Shown here piece by piece: positions 1 through 9,052 of a DNA stretch of 64,000 nucleotides. The position numbers were made by a program, and so were the translations under genes. Origin of the DNA: Granulicella sp. Lineage in GTDB: Bacteria > Acidobacteriota > Terriglobia > Terriglobales > Acidobacteriaceae. Each line of letters starts with the position of its first letter. The first letter of the stretch is position 1. Below the pieces are notes generated by a model. It searched no databases. It was not told where the DNA came from and was given only the letters and a program-made list of their open reading frames with translations. Where the stretch lies: positions 32,001 to 96,000 of the forward strand of contig DAHWNL010000036.1 of NCBI GenBank assembly GCA_027339965.1. Reading direction: 5' to 3'.

Positions 1-438
1 CAGCGTTCCGGCCAGGTTGGCTGGAGTGAGCATGCCAAAGAAGAGCCGGATCTCCACATAGATGCTCTCGCGCATGGGAAAGCGGATCAGTTGGGTTGGA
101 TCAAAGTTCACGGCGGGCTGCCCAAGCTGGATGTTCAGCAACTGGCAGAGGAGGAAGACTCCCCACAGCAGCCACGCGATCCGGTCCAGATGCCCCTTGG
201 CGGCGAAGAAGAAACCGGCCACGCCGGCCGCCACTACAAGGAAGAACAGGAGCCCCAGAAAGATCATCGCCGTCACAGCGCGACCGGCCAGCTCGCCTGC
301 GCCGCCGCGACGCGCAAGGCTGTTGACCGTTATTCGCCAGCGCAGCCAGACGATGGCGGCAAACTGCGCCCGGGTCTGCGCCGGCGTCCATGCCGACGGC
401 GCGGGCGCGATCTGCGCGGGCGGCTCTAGCTCAACCAT
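1..438 (-). CDS. Membrane protein, probable ABC transporter permease (runs off the left edge of the window)
   Basis: Not in the ORF track. Manual translation from ATG 438 gives MVELEPPAQ...QFAAIVWLRWRITVNSLARRGG...IFLGLLFFLVVAAGVAGFFF...IAWLLWGVFLLCQLL...FDPTQLIRFPM, open to position 1. The start overlaps the stop of the ABC ATPase. Confidence 0.75.
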   Translation of the reverse strand, partial: MVELEPPAQIAPAPSAWTPAQTRAQFAAIVWLRWRITVNSLARRGGAGELAGRAVTAMIFLGLLFFLVVAAGVAGFFFAAKGHLDRIAWLLWGVFLLCQLLNIQLGQPAVNFDPTQLIRFPMRESIYVEIRLFFGMLTPANLAGTL

Positions 439-1244
439 GACAGCTCCTGCTCGGGATGGGCCGCTGCTCCTCTGCCCACTACATTCAGGAAGATCTGCTC
501 CAGGGTCAGACGGCCCTGCGATGTGTCCCCCGCATCGGCAGCGCCATCCTGCGGCCAGCGCGCATGCACGCCGGCGCGCAACTCCTCCAGCGAGCCATGC
601 GCCACAATCTGCCCGTGGTTGATGATGGCCACATGCGAGCAGAGCCGCTCCACAATCTCCAGCACATGCGAGGTGAGGAAGATGGTGGCTCCACGCGCGA
701 TCATCCTCTGCAGCATGGTCTTCAGGGTGCCGGCGGCGATGGCGTCCACACCCTCGAAGGGCTCGTCGAGAAAGAGCACCTTGGGACCATGGATCACCGC
801 TGCGGCCATCGCCAGCTTCTTGCCCATCCCATGAGAGTAATCAGCGATCAGCTTTTTGGACTGGTCGGTGAGGCCCATGAACTCCAGCAACTCTTCAGAT
901 CGCTGCTCGGTGGTCGCCTTGTCCAGCCCGTACATTCGTCCCACAAAGCGCAGGTACTCCCGCGCGGTCAACTTGGCAAAGAGAGCCATCCCCTCCGGCA
1001 CGACCCCGATGTGCCGCTTCACCTCGATGGGGTTGTAAAACAGGTCCTGGCCCAGAATCTGCACCGAACCCGAGCTGGGCGCCAGCAGTCCGGTGAGCAT
1101 CTTGATGGTGGTGGACTTGCCGGCGCCATTCGGCCCCAGAAATCCAAAGAACTGTCCCGGCTCGATGGCGAGGTCGATGTGGTTGACGGCCGTAAACCCG
1201 TCGAAACTTCGGGTGAGCGCATAAGCGGCAATGGCGGGAGGCAT
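426..1244 (-). CDS. ABC transporter ATP-binding protein
   Basis: Walker A GPNGAGKST, signature YSHGM, Walker B LFLDEP, H-loop TSH. Confidence 0.95.
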   Translation of the reverse strand: MPPAIAAYALTRSFDGFTAVNHIDLAIEPGQFFGFLGPNGAGKSTTIKMLTGLLAPSSGSVQILGQDLFYNPIEVKRHIGVVPEGMALFAKLTAREYLRFVGRMYGLDKATTEQRSEELLEFMGLTDQSKKLIADYSHGMGKKLAMAAAVIHGPKVLFLDEPFEGVDAIAAGTLKTMLQRMIARGATIFLTSHVLEIVERLCSHVAIINHGQIVAHGSLEELRAGVHARWPQDGAADAGDTSQGRLTLEQIFLNVVGRGAAAHPEQELSWLS

Positions 1245-1418
1245 GATGAGACGAGTCTATGCCAGGCGGCAATCGCGTGGCGGCGGACGGAGATTGCGAG
1301 ACAATAAAAAAGAGGGTGCGTGCTTTGAGGCTGCCCGGAGGAGTTCCTTCCTTGCCAGTGGAAGAAGCCGGCGGGAGGTTCGTCGGCGGGTGGCGTGGGC
1401 GCCGCCCGGAGGTTCCCC

Positions 1419-3047
1419 ATGACCGCAGATCCGATCGTTGGCCTCCATCACGTGACCGCCATTGCCTCTGAGCCGCAGCTGAACCTGGACTTCTATACCC
1501 GGGTCCTGGGGTTGCGTCTGGTGAAGCGCACGGTGAACTTTGATGATCCCGGGACCTATCATCTCTACTTTGGGGACGATCTGGGCGCTCCCGGCACTCT
1601 GCTCACGTTCTTCCCCTGGCCGCGCGTAGGCCGAGGCGCTCCGGGAGCGGGTGAGGTTACCCATGTCTCCTTTCTTATTCCGCTGGACTCTTTGTCCTTC
1701 TGGGAGCAGCGCCTGGCCAGCAAGGGGATTCCGTTCAGCCGCGGGCCGCGCCGCTTCAACGAAGAGGTTCTCAGTTTCTCGGATCCGGCCGGCATGCAGA
1801 TTGAACTGACAGCGCAGGCCGGGGTCGCCACCGGCCACCCGCCGCGCTTTTCCGATGTGCCCAGCGGGCATGCCATCCGCGGGCTCTCGGGCGTGACCAT
1901 GCTTCAGCTCGACGCCACGGAGACCTCCGGCATCCTCTCCGTGATGGGCTTCCACCAGATTGCGGCCGAAGGTGAGAGGCTACGCTTTGCTTCTTCTGCC
2001 CATCCCACGGCCTTTGGCAGTCACATCGACATTGTTGTTGACCCGCGAGCGAACTTTGGCCGCTCCGGGGCCGGTTCGGTCCACCACATCGCCTTTCGCG
2101 TTGCCAGCGACGCAGAGCAGAGGGATTGGCGCTCGGTCATCACGCAACGCCTGGCCGCCACGGAGGTTCTGGACCGCAAATACTTCCACTCGATTTATTT
2201 TCGCGAACCGGGAGGCGTTCTCTTCGAACTGGCCACGGATCAACCAGGCTTCGCGGTGGACGAGCCCGTGGAGACCCTGGGCGAGAGCCTTTGCCTGCCC
2301 GCCTGGCTGGAGTCCCGGAGGGAGGGTCTCCAGCAGCGGCTGCCGAGCATCACGCTACACAAGGGAGGCACGGAGGCCAATCAAGCCGCCGACCCGCACG
2401 CCTCCGGCGAGCTCTACCGCGCCGGAGTTGCCTTGACCGAGGCTGCAGGGGTGGTGATCCTTCTGCACGGCCGTGGCGGCCCGGCGCGGGATATTCTCAC
2501 CCTCTCCCGCGCGCTTGCTCCGGGCCGGATTCCGCTGGCCTTTCTGGCTCCGCAGGCGGTCGGACTGGCCTGGTATCCCAACTCGTTTCTGGCTGAGCGA
2601 GAGTTGAACCAGCCGCACCTCAACTCAGCCCTGGCCCGGGTTCAGGCGACCGCAGATCTTGCGCTGGCCGCCGGGATTCCCCGGGAGCGCATCGTGCTGG
2701 CAGGTTTCTCTCAAGGAGCTTGCCTGGCCACTGAGTTCATCGCCTCTCACCCGGCGCGCTACGCTGGGCTGATCGCCTGGACCGGAGGGCTGATCGGTCC
2801 TCCGGGATCGACGCTGACCCAGGCCGGTGACCTGCTCGGCACCCCAGCCCTGTTTGCCAGCAGTGATCCGGACCAGTGGGTTCCGTGGACGCGGGTTCAG
2901 GAGTCGGCCCGCATCTTCACCGCTATGGGCGCTCAGGTGGATCTGCGCGGCTTTCCCGGCAAGCCGCATTCGGTGAGCGGCGAGGAGATCGAGCTGGCTC
3001 GCCAGCTCATTGAGCGCGCCTTTGCTGGCGCTCAGGCGAAGGGTTAA
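1419..3047 (+). CDS. Fusion of a ring-cleaving dioxygenase (VOC, MhqO/MhqA-like) and a phospholipase/carboxylesterase (MhqD-like)
   Basis: N-terminal LHHVTAIA, KRTVNFDDPGTYHLYFGD, VHHIAFR, DRKYFHSIYFREPGGVLFELATD. C-terminal LLHGRGG, GFSQG nucleophile elbow, SDPD, KPHSV. GGAGG lies upstream of ATG 1419. Confidence 0.9.
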   Translation: MTADPIVGLHHVTAIASEPQLNLDFYTRVLGLRLVKRTVNFDDPGTYHLYFGDDLGAPGTLLTFFPWPRVGRGAPGAGEVTHVSFLIPLDSLSFWEQRLASKGIPFSRGPRRFNEEVLSFSDPAGMQIELTAQAGVATGHPPRFSDVPSGHAIRGLSGVTMLQLDATETSGILSVMGFHQIAAEGERLRFASSAHPTAFGSHIDIVVDPRANFGRSGAGSVHHIAFRVASDAEQRDWRSVITQRLAATEVLDRKYFHSIYFREPGGVLFELATDQPGFAVDEPVETLGESLCLPAWLESRREGLQQRLPSITLHKGGTEANQAADPHASGELYRAGVALTEAAGVVILLHGRGGPARDILTLSRALAPGRIPLAFLAPQAVGLAWYPNSFLAERELNQPHLNSALARVQATADLALAAGIPRERIVLAGFSQGACLATEFIASHPARYAGLIAWTGGLIGPPGSTLTQAGDLLGTPALFASSDPDQWVPWTRVQESARIFTAMGAQVDLRGFPGKPHSVSGEEIELARQLIERAFAGAQAKG

Positions 3048-3261
3048 AGAGATCTCCGTGCGCACGGATCCTCTCGTATCGGCCGTTCGGAGCGTCTTGG
3101 TCGGCATCAGGATTTTCGACAGGCTTCCTGGCTGGAATGGAATGAAGACGCTGTAGCCAGTCTGGTTCGAGGGGCGCTTTCAGACAGGAAAGCTGGGTGA
3201 TCGGGCGCCGTGATCGAGGGATTGAACGATATTCGCTGCGTGGTTCCCGGTTGAGTTGAAA

Positions 3262-3533
3262 GGCCTGGAAGAGTGCCTCACCATTAACCTGACCGGCTGG
3301 ACATCCCGCCGGCGCTGCTCCGCTGCCTGACCACCACCAACATCATCGAGAGCCCGCACGTCGGAGTCCGCATCCAGACCCGCAGCGTGACCCACTGGCA
3401 GAATGGCAAGATAGTCTTGCGCTGGATGGCTTCGGCCTTCCTCAGAACCGAGAAACGCTTGGAACGCATCATGGGGCACAAAGACCTCTGGGCGCTGGAA
3501 GCGATCCTCACCCCCACTGCGACCGCACCGTGA
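3262..3533 (+). mobile_element. IS256-family transposase C-terminal remnant (frameshifted)
   Basis: Manual translation gives GLEECLTIN / RLDIPPALLRCLTTTNIIESPHVGVRIQTRSVTHWQNGKIVLRWMASAFLRTEKRLERIMGHKDLWALEAIL*, matching the TTN-x-IES...R motif and C-terminus of IS256 transposases. Frameshift near 3289-3293; N-terminal part absent. Confidence 0.8.
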
Positions 3534-3629
3534 TCTTCATCGTGCCGCTGTTCGACGAATTCATGAAGCGCATCACGCTCGGAGAAGAATGGAAGGGAAT
3601 CGGGTTCTGGAATCGGTGCTACGCGGAGC

Positions 3630-3739
3630 TGCTCAAGGGCAGCGGCAATTGATGTGCCGTATGCTTCCGGCTCGAGGGAAACGATAGCGCATAAGACCGA
3701 GTGTTCGAAGATGCCGAGTGCTTCCGCCCTATATTCCAT
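3630..3739 (-). pseudogene. Truncated PadR-family regulator (N-terminal fragment only)
   Basis: MEYRAEALGIFEHSVLCAIVSLEPEAYGTSIAAALE resembles the PadR start LGEFEQLVLLAILRL..AYG..I. The recognition helix and wing (YxxLxRLExxG) are missing. Confidence 0.55.
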
Positions 3740-4045
3740 AAAGGAAAGGATATGGCACGAAGTTCTCAAGCACCCGCACTTCGTTTCCGGTTACAGGCAT
3801 GAAATGCTGCGCTGGCGGCGTGGTTATAGAAACTACGCCGACCAGAAACGCATCCCAGCGGATATCAGAGAAGTCTCAATTTCCGTGTTGATGAGTCCTC
3901 CGAAGCGGGTCTTCGGTGGCGTTTTCATTGAGGAAAGCGCCCATGAAGGCCGAGGTCACGGAATACACTCAGACGGGAAGAGGCTATGCGGCTGTGGAGT
4001 CTACGTTCTGCGTTGCGCCGCGCTGCTCGATGAGGTTATCGGAGG

Positions 4046-4837
4046 TTATCGGCCAACGATGGTGAGAGCGTATTGGCGGATGGTGGGCGCGAGCTCCCGA
4101 GCGGAGCGGATGGCGAGCAGATAGCGGTCGCCCGATTTACGCAAGAGGTCGGCGGGAACCAAGAACTGGGCCACCGGCTGGTTGTCGAGGGTAGAGATGC
4201 CGGTGGACTCGATGGTAGCGCAAAGGATGTTGGGCACGGCCACGATACTCAGAACGAACCTGGAGCCTGTGGTCCCGGCCGGCACAACCCATTGAATACG
4301 CACGGTCTGGATCGCCGCTGGAAGTGGTAGTTGCAGGGCGGAGCCGTCGCGAACGATCTCCGAGGTGAGTAAAAGCGACGCTACCCCAGCCTGGGATTGG
4401 GCAGAAGTAGAGCGAACGGCTTGCTTGGGAGGAGGGACGGCTTCTTGGGCGTTGCCTGCCAGAGACCGGCGCACGCCGCGATGAGATACAAAGAAGATTC
4501 CTGCAACGATGAGGGCGGAACAGGCCAGGGCGAAGGTAGGCAGAAGCATCCCCGGACGGCGAGGCGCGGGAACAGTCTTTTGGGACGTTTGCACTGGGCT
4601 CAGAGGCGGCCCTTTGAGTTCCGAAGGTGAAAAGGCTCTCTCCACCCGTTTTCTCAAGGCGGCGGAGAGCCTGCCGGCGCGGTAATCATCGAGCAGATCG
4701 AACTCGGCATCTTCGAGCGCTGCGGAAAATTCCGGATCTTGGAAGATGCGCTCGTCGAAGCGGTCTCGATGTTTCTGTTTCATCTGTCCGAGTTTGTAGT
4801 CGAGCAAAAGCTCGCGCAGCTTTTTTTGAGGGTCCAT
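4046..4837 (-). CDS. Single-pass membrane protein, putative anti-sigma factor
   Basis: Helical N-terminal domain (LLDYKLGQM...EFDLLDDYRAGRLS), one TM segment (LLPTFALACSALIVAGIFFV) and a beta-rich C-terminal domain. Starts 9 nt after the sigma factor stop. Confidence 0.7.
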   Translation of the reverse strand: MDPQKKLRELLLDYKLGQMKQKHRDRFDERIFQDPEFSAALEDAEFDLLDDYRAGRLSAALRKRVERAFSPSELKGPPLSPVQTSQKTVPAPRRPGMLLPTFALACSALIVAGIFFVSHRGVRRSLAGNAQEAVPPPKQAVRSTSAQSQAGVASLLLTSEIVRDGSALQLPLPAAIQTVRIQWVVPAGTTGSRFVLSIVAVPNILCATIESTGISTLDNQPVAQFLVPADLLRKSGDRYLLAIRSARELAPTIRQYALTIVGR

Positions 4838-4846
4838 CTTGACTTC

Positions 4847-5446
4847 TCAACTTAAAGTGTTGTTTCGGGTCGATCTATCACGCTGATTCTTGTCACGAAG
4901 CTGTTTATCGATGCACTCTTCCAGTTGCCTGCGCAGACGGAGCGCTCGGTTGCGCAGGGCGTTCCGGTCCAGCCCCAACTCGGCGGCAAGCTGCCGGCGG
5001 TTGCGAATGCGATCGCCGGCATCGCCCGTGTAGTAGCGCTCCAAGATGAAACGGTTGGATGGAGCGAGCCGGCTAAGGCAGTCTTCCAAAGTCGCCAGCC
5101 TTTGCTCGGTCTCTTCTTCTGGCGCGTCATGGTCTACGGACGCATACTCGGAGAGAGCCTTGGATTGCTTGTCCTGGCGAATGCGATGCTCCTGGACAAC
5201 CAGGCGGGCGATGCCCAGCGCAAATCGCACCGGCTCGACAATCACCGGGGCCTCTTCACGCAGCTTGCCGGCCAGACGATCGATGGCAAGATCCGCAAGC
5301 TCCTCGGCGGGACAACAGCGGTTCCAGCGGAAGAAACGGATCAGCGCCACGCGAAGTTGCTCGTAAGCGTCTGCGGAGTCACCGCCGTCGGGCTGCAATG
5401 CGCTCAGAAGAGCCTGAAGTGAAGTCGAGTCAAGATCGTATGCCAT
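4847..5446 (-). CDS. ECF-type sigma-70 family RNA polymerase sigma factor
   Basis: 199 aa. Region 2-like AYEQLRVALIRFF...AEELADLAIDRL...FALGIARLVVQEH; region 4-like LEDCLSRL...FILERYY...QLAAELGLDRNALRNRALRLRRQL. Confidence 0.8.
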   Translation of the reverse strand: MAYDLDSTSLQALLSALQPDGGDSADAYEQLRVALIRFFRWNRCCPAEELADLAIDRLAGKLREEAPVIVEPVRFALGIARLVVQEHRIRQDKQSKALSEYASVDHDAPEEETEQRLATLEDCLSRLAPSNRFILERYYTGDAGDRIRNRRQLAAELGLDRNALRNRALRLRRQLEECIDKQLRDKNQRDRSTRNNTLS

Positions 5447-5464
5447 GAGAGCGCTTGTGAACTA

Positions 5465-8400
5465 TCACTGCTGCTGGAAGCTTCCTTGCCACCGTCCATT
5501 GCCTTCAAATACGAATCCGGCCCACTCATAAGGAGCGCGCAGAGCCGGGTCAGCCATCAGTTTGAGTTGCGCGGACCGGAGCGCGGCCGGCACGCTCAGA
5601 TTCTGATCGACAAGCCCATGATAAAGGATGGGAACGAGCCGGCCGGCAGCCTGATCATCGACATCCCACAGGCTGCCAAGCACGCCGGATGCACCGGAGG
5701 CGAGGAACGCCTGAGCGAAGCCGGTGATGCCTTCGCCGGGGATGTTTCTGCCTGCGGCGGTGCGGCAGCCGTCAATGATGACCAGAGGCACGGGAAAGGA
5801 GGTGCGATAGATGTCATGCAGCCAGAGGATGCCATCTTCCAGCTTTCCCTGGCGGTTCACCGTGGAGAGAACGATGCCGGAGAGCTCCGGCTGGCTGATG
5901 TTGACGATGGCATGGGTGGCAAAGTGCAGAATGGCGAATTGGCCCCACGAGGACTGCATGACCTGCTTGGGCGTCGCCTGGAAGCCAAGGTAGAGATGCA
6001 CGCGGTCCGGCCCGGCGATCCGCTGGATGGCCCGAGCCTCCTTTTCTGAGCCCGGGAGCCGAGGCAGATCGGCGGCGTCGAAACCATCCGCGGTCCGCAG
6101 GAGCGGAGCGCCTTTTACAGGCTTCAGCGCAGCCGCATGAACCGCAGGAGATGTGGGGAAGCGAGGGTCGTCGTGGCTGTAGACTGGGTCGGCAAAGATG
6201 GCGATCTGATTGACGTGGGCGCGCGGAGGACGCTGGTGAAGAGCCAGCGCGATGGCTGCGGAAGGCTCGACGTCCAGCTCATAGCGTTGGATCAGCCAGC
6301 GGCCCTGGCGGTTCCGCAGGGCGGCGAAGGGAAGCGAGTCGAGCGGACCGTCGGGAATGAGGATCAGGCGATCCATTGAAGCAGCCAGCGGCGGAAGCAG
6401 GGCCTGGCCCAGGTGCTGCGCCAGCTGTGCGGCTTCGCGGTCTGCCTGCGCGATCCGCGCCTCGCGCCCGGCAAAGTCTTCGCCGGCGGGATGGTCTTCA
6501 CGCGCCAGAAGCAGGCGCTTGAACGCATCCATCTGGCGGAGCAGGTCTGCGGATTTGGGCAATTGGCAGGCGGTCAGCCCGGAGGAGGTAAACGTCCAGC
6601 GAAAGATGGCGCGCCGGCCGACCCAGTACTCCACCAGCGCCGTATGGCCGTCGAGGAGATCGTGTTCAATCGCGGCAGGCGAAGGGGGGCGCAGGTCGCC
6701 CGGGTTGAACGATGCTCCTTCGCGGCCGGCGGCTGCCATCTGGTCGCTTTCAAAGACCAGGGAGCGAAGGCGAACCTCAGCCTGGCGCAAGGCCGGATCG
6801 TTCACAGTTCGAGCCTGCGCGCCAAGGCGAAAGACGTCCTTTTCGGCCTGCGTCACGGCTTGCTCGACGGCTGCCCTCTTCTCGATCGCCGCGGCGGGCA
6901 GCGGCTGCGACGAGAGCCGACTGGAGCTGCGAATGGCGTCCATCAAACTCTGGGCGCGTGCGCGCTCAGCGATCTTCCATGCCTGGGCTGGGTTCTCGTC
7001 CTTATTCTCAGCGGCGAGCGCGGGATTCATGAGCATGCGGACGGCAAGATCAAACGAATCATGGCGCGCGGCATAGAAGCTCTGGCTGAGATCGGAGCTG
7101 CCGATGTGCCGGCGCGCGGTCTCGAAGCCGTCGAGCGCCCGCAGGATATCGCTGAGTGCGGCGGCGCTCCGGCCCTGGCGAAGTTCCACCCGAGCGATGT
7201 CGGCCAACGTCAGAGACGCATCCTCGCTGTCGAACATCATCGACCACTCCGATTCGGCCTGGCGGTAAGCAGCCAGGGCCTGCGTCTGCTGTCGGTTCTG
7301 CGCCAGCAGATCGCCTGCGGACTCGAGCAGCAGCGCGTGGGTCGCCGCTTCTTTGCCGGCAGCTGCCAGGGCAATGGCCTGCTGAAGCTCCGCCAGGGCG
7401 GCTGCGCGGCGGCCCCGCGCGGCCAGCAGCTCGGCTTCGCCAAGTTCTGCCATGCAAAGCTCGCGATGGAGCTGTTTGGACCGCGCCAGGGAAAGGGACT
7501 CATCCAGATGGCGCGCCGCCTGAGCCAGGCGATGCTGCCGGACATCGAGGATGGCAAGCGAGGAGAGCCCGCTGCTGATGTTGGCTGCGTCATGCGCCTG
7601 ACGCAGCAGGGTGAGTCCCGCATGGATGGCGGCACGCTGGTGCTCCGCGTCGCCGAGGTTCCCATAGATCTCCCCTTGGTTCAGCCAGATCTGTCCGATG
7701 TCGTCGGCGTTGGGGGCTTTGGCAAGCGCGGCGATTGCCGCCCGGTTGGCGTCGATCGCCGACTGATACTCGCCGCGCAGGGCATGGATGCCGGCCAGCG
7801 TCGTCATGGTGAAGGCGATACCGTTGAAGTCCTGAAGCTTTTGCGCAATCGCCAGGCCCTGTTGGGCCGCAGCCTGGGCGTGAGTGGTGTCGCCCATCTC
7901 GAGATAGTCATTGGCGAGATTGCCTTCGAGGATTCCTTGCCAGTACAGATCTCCCAAGCGCTGATAGAGCGCCAGCGAGCGGTTACCCGCGGCGATGCCC
8001 TGGACATAGTGCGCCAGGAAGGACTCCGTGGAAGAGAGATTCTTCCAGGCATGAGCCGCAATCGCCATCGCCGCGCCCGGCGTTGCCAGGTCAGAGCCGG
8101 CGATCAAGCCGGTGCCGCGCAGTGCGCAGCCCAGCCCCTGCGTGTAGTCGCCCAGATCATAGACGTAGAAGCGCGACTTGCCGATCCATGCCTGCTCCTG
8201 CAGAAGACGGTTGGTCGTCTTCTGCGCCAGCAAGATGGTCTGGTCGTAAAGCTGTAGCGCGGAGGGATTGCCGCCGGTCTGCCGAGCCCGGCGCAGCGCT
8301 TCCGCCTGTGCAAAGGCCGCAGAAGCGGCGAATACCTGCTGATCTTCCGGTTCCGCGGCGCGCGGCTGGGTCATCTCTATGGATAGCCGCACGGGAAGGT

Positions 8401-8830
8401 AGTGGTCTCGCGAGTGCAGACGAAGGCGCAGGACTCCTTGAGGTCCGCCCTGAACCGGAATCTTGATGACGGAGCGCACACCTGCATCCGAGGCAAACTG
8501 CAACGCTGGAGTTGCGCCCTCCATGGAGGCCGAGACCATCCCTTGCAACTGCTCGATCTCAAGGTACGCGAACCTGGACGGGGGGATGGAGACCGGCACC
8601 AGACGGTCTCCGCCGGGCGGCAGAAGGACACAGAGCGATTGTTGCGGCGTGAGCCAGCCAGGCTGCGGCGAGGAGCCTGACTGAGAGGTGGCCACGCCGG
8701 CCGCAGCCATGGCGAAACAGACAGCAAGCATCATTCGCCACATCACAGGTTGGATCTGCGCCTGCCGCTTGCTTGCAGTCCAGCCCATGCGTGCGCCGGC
8801 TGCAACCCACATGGCATTCACACGGATCAT
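5465..8830 (-). CDS. TPR-repeat CHAT-domain (caspase-like, clan CD) protease with N-terminal signal peptide; start may be 8743
   Basis: CHAT motifs LILIPDGPLDSLPFAAL, LPGSEKEARAI, ILHFATH (His codon 5912-5914), VIIDGCRT (Cys codon 5765-5767), AFLASGASGVLGSLWDVDD, PYEWAGF. Central TPR-like helices. Signal-like MWRMMLAVCFAMAAAGVATS. Confidence 0.9.
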   Translation of the reverse strand: MIRVNAMWVAAGARMGWTASKRQAQIQPVMWRMMLAVCFAMAAAGVATSQSGSSPQPGWLTPQQSLCVLLPPGGDRLVPVSIPPSRFAYLEIEQLQGMVSASMEGATPALQFASDAGVRSVIKIPVQGGPQGVLRLRLHSRDHYLPVRLSIEMTQPRAAEPEDQQVFAASAAFAQAEALRRARQTGGNPSALQLYDQTILLAQKTTNRLLQEQAWIGKSRFYVYDLGDYTQGLGCALRGTGLIAGSDLATPGAAMAIAAHAWKNLSSTESFLAHYVQGIAAGNRSLALYQRLGDLYWQGILEGNLANDYLEMGDTTHAQAAAQQGLAIAQKLQDFNGIAFTMTTLAGIHALRGEYQSAIDANRAAIAALAKAPNADDIGQIWLNQGEIYGNLGDAEHQRAAIHAGLTLLRQAHDAANISSGLSSLAILDVRQHRLAQAARHLDESLSLARSKQLHRELCMAELGEAELLAARGRRAAALAELQQAIALAAAGKEAATHALLLESAGDLLAQNRQQTQALAAYRQAESEWSMMFDSEDASLTLADIARVELRQGRSAAALSDILRALDGFETARRHIGSSDLSQSFYAARHDSFDLAVRMLMNPALAAENKDENPAQAWKIAERARAQSLMDAIRSSSRLSSQPLPAAAIEKRAAVEQAVTQAEKDVFRLGAQARTVNDPALRQAEVRLRSLVFESDQMAAAGREGASFNPGDLRPPSPAAIEHDLLDGHTALVEYWVGRRAIFRWTFTSSGLTACQLPKSADLLRQMDAFKRLLLAREDHPAGEDFAGREARIAQADREAAQLAQHLGQALLPPLAASMDRLILIPDGPLDSLPFAALRNRQGRWLIQRYELDVEPSAAIALALHQRPPRAHVNQIAIFADPVYSHDDPRFPTSPAVHAAALKPVKGAPLLRTADGFDAADLPRLPGSEKEARAIQRIAGPDRVHLYLGFQATPKQVMQSSWGQFAILHFATHAIVNISQPELSGIVLSTVNRQGKLEDGILWLHDIYRTSFPVPLVIIDGCRTAAGRNIPGEGITGFAQAFLASGASGVLGSLWDVDDQAAGRLVPILYHGLVDQNLSVPAALRSAQLKLMADPALRAPYEWAGFVFEGNGRWQGSFQQQ

Positions 8831-9052
8831 CGTTCTGGATCTATTTTGCGGTTCGACAAAGAGTGAAGAGAATGGAACCTCATCCTCTCCGGTCTTCGTT
8901 TGCGCCGCTGAAGCGTAACCAGAATAGCCGAGTTGGAGACAAGCGGTGATCGGGCAGAGGGAGGTTGTGAGTTCCTTCCGGCGATACGCGCCCTGCGCCA
9001 GGCTGATTCCGCCGTCGGGCGGGTTGAAGAGGATGTGAATGCGACGAGGGTC

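Noticed and set aside
3150..3230. tRNA-like GCTGTAGCCAGTCTGGTTCGA at the island edge
   Set aside because: No acceptor stem, anticodon arm or correctly placed T-arm; cannot be called a tRNA or att site.
3654..4124. 156-aa plus-strand ORF
   Set aside because: Overlaps the PadR fragment and the anti-sigma end in antisense; no motifs or RBS.
6413..8257. Long antisense ORFs (also 16314-17618, 22487-24073, 30097-31689, 47166-48671, 58121-59437)
   Set aside because: Shadow frames of well-supported genes, expected from GC-rich codon bias; no recognisable motifs.
4850..8890. Possible autoregulatory promoter (GTGATA-N16-CACTTT at the sigma 3' end versus GAGGAT-N16-CACTCT upstream of CHAT)
   Set aside because: The -35 halves do not agree and two sites are too few.
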